Shown piece after piece: positions 54,201-60,484 of a DNA stretch of 64,000 bases. The notes under the pieces are model-generated. The model was not told the DNA's origin and made no database searches. It saw only the letters and a program-made list of their open reading frames with translations. Made by a program: the position numbers and the translations under genes. This DNA comes from a virus. Positions within the stretch are counted from its first letter, which is position 1. Each line of letters starts with the position of its first letter. The stretch covers positions 32,001-96,000 of the IMG/VR virus record IMGVR_UViG_3300027969_000050. One strand, written 5' to 3'.

Positions 54201-56248
54201 CCAAATTTAAAATCTTTGGGCGTTCCAAAGAACTCATCAAGCTTTGCTTCGCAAGCAGCCTTCTCTGATTCGGATAAATTTTCCAGACCAGACCCCCACA
54301 GTTCGCCATCGTATCGGCACTGAGCAACAAAAGTAAGATCTTTGTTTACATCCACCGCTCTGTTAGGAATGTCTGAGTGGTAGGCCCCTTCAGCTCCGAT
54401 ATACATATTGATTAGGCTTGCTGGCGCCCATTCGGAACTTTGGTCCAACAAGGCATAAATATAAACTGGGTGGGACACGCCACCACCCTCATCATCATGT
54501 TCAGATCCGTAGTCGGATTCCTTGATTAGATCGATGACATTGATCTCTGGTTGCTCTGCCGCTCCAAACTTAAACCCGGGAGTGGTACCCAAAAATTCAT
54601 CCAGACTATTTTGAATGTCTTCACGAAGCATGGGATCACCATCAGCAATAAAATCGCGTCCATGAGGATAACGCAGAAGAGGCAAAGTTGAGATATCCAC
54701 CCCATCAATCTCTGCTCGTTTTGCGACCTCACGGAATTTCGGATCCCCCATAATTTCTTCGTGATAGCCATTTGGCCTACCGACGAAAACTTCGTATTTT
54801 ATATCGCCCTCCCAAGGATGTCCTACCGGAACAATTATTATTGGCCAATCGGTTCCACCGGTATCGATTCTTTCGTTGTGGTCTCCGTGAAGGTCACGGA
54901 CTCCAGTCAGGTCAACCACCTCAACAAAATTAGGAAGCGAGCCGCCTTCGTCTTCTAAGACCGAACCGAACTTAAACCCGGGATCCGTACCCAAAAACTC
55001 GTCCAGATCCTTTTGGATGTTTTCCGGGACGTATTGGCGTCCAGACGGGTAGCGACTGTAGCCGACCTCTTCGTACCACTTCCGTGAAAAGACATCAGAA
55101 CCGGACATGCGTTTTTCGAACTCGGGATCCTCTTCTATTTCAGTATGGAAGCCGTTTTCTCTGCCAACAAAGACGGTCCAGCGATTTCCTACTGGAACAA
55201 TAATTATTGGCCAGTCAAAGGATCTAGGTTGCTTGCTTGGTTCGTCCCCGACTTCAGAAATAAAAGCGTCGTGGCCACCGAAGCGATCATCCATTTCGGT
55301 TAGGTCGATGATCTCGACATCCTCATTAGAACCGAATTTAAAATCGTCTTGAACTCCGAGGGCCGACTTTACCGCTGAATCAAATTCGACTGTCCATCCA
55401 TCGGGGTACCCCCGGCCAGCGGAGCCATACTCATGCTCGCTGCCCAAAAGCATCCACTGGGTAATTGCATCGTTTACACGAAATAAAGCAACTTGATCAC
55501 CGTAAAAACGATCAACATACCTTGCTCCTCCGGGAGAGGCGATGCCACGCGCAGTAAGTACCGTCATCACATCTTCATGGAAATCATCATAACTTCCAAT
55601 AAAAGCCCTTGTCTCCGTCGGGCCTAAGATTGCTATTCCGGGTCGATCTCCGGTTCCATGCGAACCGTTAAGATTTGCGTCGTTGGCGTCTGAGGTATCA
55701 AGGATTTCTACTGAGACTGGGACGGTCTCGATCTGTGAGCGCAACCTGCCATCAGAACCAAATTTAAAATCTTCTTGTGCGGGACCCATTACTGGCGCCA
55801 CTCGCTGTAATTCTGACTTGACTGCTGATTCAAATTCGGGAGGTGGACGTGGAATTTCCACAGTGTCCGTCCAATCACTGGAATTGTTCCCGTACCAATC
55901 CTCAATAGTTCCATCAGGATAAACCCGGAAACAAACAACCGGGCCAAGATCGGAAGAGAAAGCGCGAAAGTCTCCCGGCTGTTGGGTCAGAATTCCCTGA
56001 GCTTCCAATATGGCAATTAAGTCATAATGAAATGCTTGATATTCGCCAATGAAAACCTTTATCTCCGTCGGGGCAAAGATCGCTACTCCGGGGCGGTCTC
56101 CGGTGTCGTGCGTTTGCCACGAGTCATAATGCCTTGACTCTGAGGTGTCGAGAACCTCAACTGAAATTGGAAGCGAGTAATTCAGAACCCGCGTCACACC
56201 GTCAATGTTGGTCCAGCCGTCATTGTCAAATTCGGTTAGGTCGTCCAC
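49775..56248 (-). CDS. 2157-aa putative polyprotein: 12 FxFG-delimited modules + C-terminal CCA-adding-type enzyme with HD domain
   Basis: 12 F/L-[KHR]-F-G-[AS] motifs spaced 101-209 aa apart; C-terminal 486 aa is a class II nucleotidyltransferase. Confidence 0.88.
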   Translation of the reverse strand: MDDLTEFDNDGWTNIDGVTRVLNYSLPISVEVLDTSESRHYDSWQTHDTGDRPGVAIFAPTEIKVFIGEYQAFHYDLIAILEAQGILTQQPGDFRAFSSDLGPVVCFRVYPDGTIEDWYGNNSSDWTDTVEIPRPPPEFESAVKSELQRVAPVMGPAQEDFKFGSDGRLRSQIETVPVSVEILDTSDANDANLNGSHGTGDRPGIAILGPTETRAFIGSYDDFHEDVMTVLTARGIASPGGARYVDRFYGDQVALFRVNDAITQWMLLGSEHEYGSAGRGYPDGWTVEFDSAVKSALGVQDDFKFGSNEDVEIIDLTEMDDRFGGHDAFISEVGDEPSKQPRSFDWPIIIVPVGNRWTVFVGRENGFHTEIEEDPEFEKRMSGSDVFSRKWYEEVGYSRYPSGRQYVPENIQKDLDEFLGTDPGFKFGSVLEDEGGSLPNFVEVVDLTGVRDLHGDHNERIDTGGTDWPIIIVPVGHPWEGDIKYEVFVGRPNGYHEEIMGDPKFREVAKRAEIDGVDISTLPLLRYPHGRDFIADGDPMLREDIQNSLDEFLGTTPGFKFGAAEQPEINVIDLIKESDYGSEHDDEGGGVSHPVYIYALLDQSSEWAPASLINMYIGAEGAYHSDIPNRAVDVNKDLTFVAQCRYDGELWGSGLENLSESEKAACEAKLDEFFGTPKDFKFGASEEPKVVFESTGGGAPDPRGDCPIIYWPKSNTVQVGTTWDSHLTLGAIDGAAWEGRKSQFGPVDWMRPPYDEQPIPSNIKAFIDNLDISQQWEQEDFKFGADNKPFGTGWEAFDPQGGEGIVDHFLGDPDFSFSDTQPAQPADSQANAFAKDDELDAPIFANILRNWVNSFENENESGIRNSDFLSGGKKSTSRIQKVLDKFRRKSEQVRVELDEEDLKFGACEECGFNHKPGPCPKSMGGPMIIPEEPTDISELKNLSEEGQGDDEGAKKKSRAILSHVELLDLRGAKADPDYPSHGEYLESTPYPSAGMDKLYPVVAWDEGTLDINIEERFGVPAEEERRYLEMNPDATRHDGWSIAIGREDGFHNEMTNKLPRGVVNQYGSYDFFGRFSPPNDLVFYGSRVPESVQAEMITALNGLVGGGASEFHFGSSTELTPVWLDDDGRVVGTGRANKGIIIPREGDELGGYSLIVLPEQGQIWIGSVPDIHHVIIEKALREAGLEDAPRFSFWTRFDRLMPDFVDPNNPEAAALAPAICEALGLPDYPLADLDDLRQSESPEDFHFGAATEFGTDVLISQDPDEHRVFNKDRAPFIYCPVNNALYVGVFGQYHDDLVEEFDIRGAWTEADFDLRGGFGPDTHGEYWRRVPGDGSFIPPSYDSLQWFNDEGTEPEAGLNDALINIFSDPAQEDEGFRFGAAGTYRTRQGVTVFISQNEEHNRKGMDYHENRIPFIYWPSANALYVGLRGQYHEDLINEFDIPRVGRPMGLSENVGENLIAAGDPCRGEYWQNSGNFSWEDSFPNSDNQGLTEPAPGVNDALRNIFPADEVLDEQEEDFRFGAFDELNPPKVVYIKFQPNEVHKSPELDAPWFYLPEDNAVYFGPPGGYHYEMLSQDSEFRNKFLNGDGASAITFWMKALQEGTFLSGRVTWPPNSHASGPPREDQKISFYGNPTPDQVEMINRALGQPDLQPGGGLRGRARGQGGDEFHFGAAEDNVGQSVRQIVASNPVIQPVVEALMAAGGQVYAVGGAVRDTIMGKTPKDIDLMVSGIPKENIDSVLAPLGGDIDYTGKDFGVFRYKQGGEEVEIALPRHEQSTGDKHTDFSVDADHTLSPEEDLLRRDFTANAMAVNLGTGELIDPHNGAEDIAGGRLRTIHDQSLSEDPLRVARALVAKGRHGLHPDEGTIAQMAEAAASLQHLPAERVQAELDKIFSSDDPVGAIRLAHDSGVLKYILPEVDATFGYDQNNPHHALELGEHMLDVLDRISQKTDDPDARLAGLLHDIGKPASAWVNPERGTNHYYQKRLPDGSTIGQQHELVGEEMTRDAMTRLRYPKDRTDRVSDLVKHHMFAPFDSEKGARKFLNRVEPHADDLLNLRWADQAAKGEGQDAFDDNEYEVQRGLVDQVRQQQQPTDLSQLAINGQDLIEAGVPRGPEIGQILESLMGQVIGDPSINERDKLLNLALGRTSGVFDWKESGL

Positions 56249-56291
56249 ATCAATTAAGGCTGCGCTTTAGGCTAAAACCAACCAACTTGGG

Positions 56292-56444
56292 TTAATCAGC
56301 CTCGACCCATTCCTGTTCAGATAGCTTCACAAACAGGTAATCAGCACCATCTGAGGTCTCTACTTCAAACGGCGCGTAGCGAGCATCGCACTCGCAAACT
56401 AAGACAACTGTGTTACCGGACTCTCCAGCAATGTATATCTCCAT
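56292..56444 (-). CDS. hypothetical protein (50 aa, below cutoff)
   Basis: MEIYIAGESGNTVVLVCEC.. fills the gap after 56457..56708. Confidence 0.45.
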   Translation of the reverse strand: MEIYIAGESGNTVVLVCECDARYAPFEVETSDGADYLFVKLSEQEWVEAD

Positions 56445-56456
56445 TTACGGAAGATA

Positions 56457-56708
56457 TCAGGGCAAAAGAGCGCTGTCAATACCGTGAGTCGAAAAGTCTG
56501 TATCAACGTATCCACGAGCGCGGGCTTCTGTGACGGCAAGAAACTCTTCGTACACAGCGTCTCCAGTGTGATTGAACATCGCTCGGTCGTAAGCGTCGCC
56601 CTTGCTCTGGAACTCACGAATGACCTGTAGCAACTTGATGTTGCCCATTGCTTTGTAGTTGCGTGGCCTTTTGCTTAGGTATGTCATAATAGACATATTA
56701 TAGCACAA
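56457..56708 (-). CDS. hypothetical protein (true start probably ATG 56687)
   Basis: TGCTATAAT at 56697-56705 lies inside the tracked 5' end. Confidence 0.55.
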   Translation of the reverse strand: MCYNMSIMTYLSKRPRNYKAMGNIKLLQVIREFQSKGDAYDRAMFNHTGDAVYEEFLAVTEARARGYVDTDFSTHGIDSALLP

Positions 56709-56722
56709 ACAAAAGTTGGATA

Positions 56723-58174
56723 CTAGCGCGGCCCCATAAACGGATCGCTGATGTCTGGTCTAGGGGCAAGCTGACTGGACGGCAAAATGCACTCTACGAA
56801 GTGAGGCTGAAGCTCGCCTGACTGATGAAGCGGGAAGTGAACAGTCACCCAGTCTAGGGTGGGGTCGTAAGAAAAAACTTTTCCAACCGAGTTAGGGCCA
56901 ACCAGAACCATCTCGCCGGTACCGTTCCCCGGCGCCCCACCAACAGCAGCGCCATACTCGCCATTCCAATTCTGAGCATCTCGTGGCGGAAGGAGCTGAA
57001 CGACATCCTCCTGATTAAATATTTTTTCTCCCGCCGCAGTCCGAACATGCGTGTAGGTTTTTCCAAGAACCCTTGACAAGGCACCCGGCATATGAATATT
57101 TCGCCCGCCAGTTTGGTCATCGGCCTTGGGTTGAGAGAACGGAAGCTCTAGTTGTTCTCCGGGCTGTCCGGGCTGATCTGGGATAACGTCAAACTGGTCG
57201 CTAGGGTTAGCCATAGGATTAGTGCTTTGTCCCTGACCGCGACTTGGAGACGGCTTGGGAACCTGAGCAGGCTGGCCCGTAAGCTGCTCTGGAGCGCCAT
57301 TAGGCTTGCCAGAGGGGGCGGAAGGGGCAGACGGGGCGGAAGGTCCTGCGGGACCCATAGAAGGTCCAGTGGGCGAGGTAGGAGCCGAGGGGGCGCCCGG
57401 AGCAGCGCCACCCGACCCTCCGCCATCGATCTCTTCCTTATCAACGCCCTTCGGAACACCACCGCCTGTTCCGACCTCATTTGTTGGGCCGCCTCCACCG
57501 GGAGCCTGACCGACGCCCTTATCGAACAACTGACCCTGCTGTACAGGCTGGGTTTTCTTCATTCCACGAGGCATCTGACCGTGGATATTGGGGTCGTAAT
57601 CGTCAATTGGCGTAGCCATTGCCTGCCACATAGTTGCGATAACGTGAGAGCAAGAGCGGCCTTCTAGATACTTCCACTTACGGGTACGTTGAAATGCGTA
57701 CTGATCCCAAGGACACTCGCAAGTCCACTGAGTAATCGCCATTGAGTTTGGGTCGTCACGACTGATCGTACACTCGTACTCGCCGTGATCGCCAGTGACA
57801 TTTGAGACGACGACATTCCAGCCATTCCGGAGGATCGTCACCTGACCATTATTTTTTAGACGGACGGCTTTGGCTTTGACGTCATCCCAAGTTGCCGTTC
57901 TAGAATTATCGAAAAGGGTGAAATGCGCCCTGCGATAACCAAATGGCTTTAGATCCTCGTAAACGATCTGCTCAGCAAGATGGCGATCATCATGGGATCC
58001 GCCCTCAGACATAATTACTGCCTGCCCTGCCGGACCTTCCCACCAGCTAACCCTAGTTGAGCCAAGGGTTTGGAACTTAGGCGGCAGGTCTTTTGGCTGA
58101 GAACCTATTGCTAGGCCGACATAATCTTCGAACCAAGTCTTTTCTTCTTGGGCGGTAAGGACGCTCCAAGACAT
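56723..58174 (-). CDS. SWIM Zn-finger protein with Pro/Gly-rich linker
   Basis: WTCECPW..GRSCSHV (CxC..CxH). Confidence 0.8.
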   Translation of the reverse strand: MSWSVLTAQEEKTWFEDYVGLAIGSQPKDLPPKFQTLGSTRVSWWEGPAGQAVIMSEGGSHDDRHLAEQIVYEDLKPFGYRRAHFTLFDNSRTATWDDVKAKAVRLKNNGQVTILRNGWNVVVSNVTGDHGEYECTISRDDPNSMAITQWTCECPWDQYAFQRTRKWKYLEGRSCSHVIATMWQAMATPIDDYDPNIHGQMPRGMKKTQPVQQGQLFDKGVGQAPGGGGPTNEVGTGGGVPKGVDKEEIDGGGSGGAAPGAPSAPTSPTGPSMGPAGPSAPSAPSAPSGKPNGAPEQLTGQPAQVPKPSPSRGQGQSTNPMANPSDQFDVIPDQPGQPGEQLELPFSQPKADDQTGGRNIHMPGALSRVLGKTYTHVRTAAGEKIFNQEDVVQLLPPRDAQNWNGEYGAAVGGAPGNGTGEMVLVGPNSVGKVFSYDPTLDWVTVHFPLHQSGELQPHFVECILPSSQLAPRPDISDPFMGPR

Positions 58175-58176
58175 GA

Positions 58177-59733
58177 TTATGAAATAATGCCGTACTTCTT
58201 GAGGTCTTGAATGAGTGAGTTGAGCGTGACCCTAAGCGCATCAACATTGTCGTTTGTAGCTGTCATGGTGGATGAAAGACTACCATTTTTAATTCCGAAG
58301 CCGGAAGCTGCGTTTGTATACGATCCAACGTAACTTGGTAGGGTGGTAAGCGTAAGCCCACCTAAACCATTGTTACCGACGCTTTTAACTCCGGTTGCGG
58401 CAGCAAACACGACACCGTAAGATAATGAAACGGTGGCGTTAGCGCTGGCGGCTCCGGTAGCGCTCTGGCTCATTGTGATCGTGTAAGGGTTGCTTCCGCT
58501 AACAGCGGTAATAACCGCCGTATTCTGCTCGACAAGAGTGCTTCCGCCAGAGACGACAGAGACGCCCTGACCGACGATTGGCGCGGTGGCCGTCGTCAAT
58601 CCAGTTACCTGATCGAAGGCTGGGCTGGTAATAGACCCGCCAGTGATTGTTTGCGAAGAGGCTAGGGCGGAATACGTTACTTCGTATGACTGATCTTGGC
58701 ATTGTGCTTCGCCTGAAGCAAATCCCGAGTTTGATCCGGGATCAATCTCTGGTCCGCCGACAGTAAATGTGGTTGAGGTAACGGAAGAGATCGTAAACTC
58801 TCCGTTATAAGAAAGATTTACGGCACCCGAGATAATGACGCGAGAGCCAACAGTTAGAGAATGAGCTGCCGAGGCCGTAAAGGTGTAATCATAGGTGTTC
58901 GGAGAGACACTACTGTTTAGCGTCCTTGTGGCAGAAGTAATTGAAAGCGTTTGATCCGGGCGGACGGTAATAATTCCGCTGGTAGGGAATCCTGAAAGGC
59001 TCGACTGAGCCGCCAGAACTCGAGTCCCAGACCCGGCGATGTAAGGGAAAGCTGTAAAGCTTGACGAGTATCCGTTCGTCTCCGTGTTGCCGGACACCGT
59101 AAGCTCGGTGCCGCCGCTGTCATTTGCCGTTGCCGTGATCACAACGTTCTCACCAAACTTAATTGAGTCGTTTCCGAGAGTGACTCCGGCACGAGTGAAG
59201 GTTCCGCTATCAACGTTACCCGCCACAGCTTCGAAATACTGGGTGGCGTCTAAGTTTAGACCAGAAATTTTAATTACATATTGGCCCTCGTCAAGCCATC
59301 CTTCAATCCGTCCATAGGCATCAGTCTTAAGCGACGTGATTGGCGTAATGTTCGTCGGGTTGGAGTACAAATAAATTAGCGACTGAGAAAGAGGAACCTT
59401 GACTGCTGTTCCGCCAGAGATAACCGGAATGTCTGGTCCGCTAGTGCCTCCTACCAAAGAAAACGAGCTGGTCGTTGGGATGGCGGTAATGGCCGCTCCG
59501 GTTACGTTGTAGGCTGGAATCGATGATCCCGTGACGGTGATGAGATTTCCAACAGCCAAATTGTGCGGATAATCCGTCACATATGTGTAGGTTACGCTTG
59601 ATGCGCTTGCCGATGACAGGCCGTAAACGTTGCCTCCAGCGTCATAATCTGCGCGCTTAAAGACGGAGACGTCGGCACCCTCGACAGGGCGACCTTTCTT
59701 ATTCAGAACGACAAATGGAATTTCAACGCGCAT
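58177..59733 (-). CDS. Ser/Thr-rich virion appendage / head-fibre-like protein
   Basis: two H-x-L-x-VG..I/V-x-G..YN beta modules; C-terminal LNSLIQDLKKYGII. Confidence 0.7.
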   Translation of the reverse strand: MRVEIPFVVLNKKGRPVEGADVSVFKRADYDAGGNVYGLSSASASSVTYTYVTDYPHNLAVGNLITVTGSSIPAYNVTGAAITAIPTTSSFSLVGGTSGPDIPVISGGTAVKVPLSQSLIYLYSNPTNITPITSLKTDAYGRIEGWLDEGQYVIKISGLNLDATQYFEAVAGNVDSGTFTRAGVTLGNDSIKFGENVVITATANDSGGTELTVSGNTETNGYSSSFTAFPYIAGSGTRVLAAQSSLSGFPTSGIITVRPDQTLSITSATRTLNSSVSPNTYDYTFTASAAHSLTVGSRVIISGAVNLSYNGEFTISSVTSTTFTVGGPEIDPGSNSGFASGEAQCQDQSYEVTYSALASSQTITGGSITSPAFDQVTGLTTATAPIVGQGVSVVSGGSTLVEQNTAVITAVSGSNPYTITMSQSATGAASANATVSLSYGVVFAAATGVKSVGNNGLGGLTLTTLPSYVGSYTNAASGFGIKNGSLSSTMTATNDNVDALRVTLNSLIQDLKKYGIIS

Positions 59734-60484
59734 CAGTCTTTACGTCCTTGATTAGCCCTGAATAGTTGGTCTTGGCGATGTATTCGCCAGTAGACTCGCT
59801 GATCTGATCTAGCAGGCCTCGATTGGCCAGCATCTTGTAGACAAGATTGGACGGAGCGAAGTCGCCCTTGCCTGCTCTCTGGTCAATCCGACGGCGCTTA
59901 TGGATCTGGTGCCAAAAGGTCTTGGCCTTGTAAGGCTCGTAACGCAGTAGGCGCTCCATTTTGTCAGCCTGCTCTAGCGCGTAGGTGTAAGCGGAGTTAT
60001 AAATTACCTCTGGATCCCTAGCCATTTCGCGGTCAGGAGGATTAACCCACTCGTCATTGAGAATCTCGTAGCCCGAACGCAGCCCCTTCTTATAGAGATC
60101 GGTTGGCAAAACGCCCTCTGGCACAATAAATACCTGAAGGGGATGAGTGGTCATCGGAAGAATGCTTCCGTCCAACTGCTCAACTGCGATGCCAATCATC
60201 TCGGCCCTTGACCACTCAGGAAAAATTTCTGAGTTGACGAACAAGGAGATGTCAAAATCGCTGTCTTCCGAGTACTGGTAGGTCGTGAGGCTGCCAGTGA
60301 CGTAAAGGCTGCCCCAGTTCTGGACATCGTAGCCATGCTCGTTAAACCTGTCAAAGACAAGCTTCTCAACCCACGTTTTATGCTCAAATTTCAGCGTTGG
60401 CTTGACGGATACCGACCCGTCCCAGACCGTAGGGTCTAGCGTTTCATTGATCGGATCGAGAATATTAGACTTCTTAGGCTTCAT
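59723..60484 (-). CDS. Pol-beta-superfamily nucleotidyltransferase (phage type)
   Basis: VTGSLTTYQYSEDSDFD (GS..DxD) and GDFAPSNLVYKML. Confidence 0.8.
   Translation of the reverse strand: MKPKKSNILDPINETLDPTVWDGSVSVKPTLKFEHKTWVEKLVFDRFNEHGYDVQNWGSLYVTGSLTTYQYSEDSDFDISLFVNSEIFPEWSRAEMIGIAVEQLDGSILPMTTHPLQVFIVPEGVLPTDLYKKGLRSGYEILNDEWVNPPDREMARDPEVIYNSAYTYALEQADKMERLLRYEPYKAKTFWHQIHKRRRIDQRAGKGDFAPSNLVYKMLANRGLLDQISESTGEYIAKTNYSGLIKDVKTDAR

Noticed and set aside
49775-56248. Modules as inteins, or as separate genes fused by stop-codon recoding
   Set aside because: No C/S...HN intein termini; the ORF is open in the standard code, and TAA, TAG and TGA all serve as normal stops elsewhere
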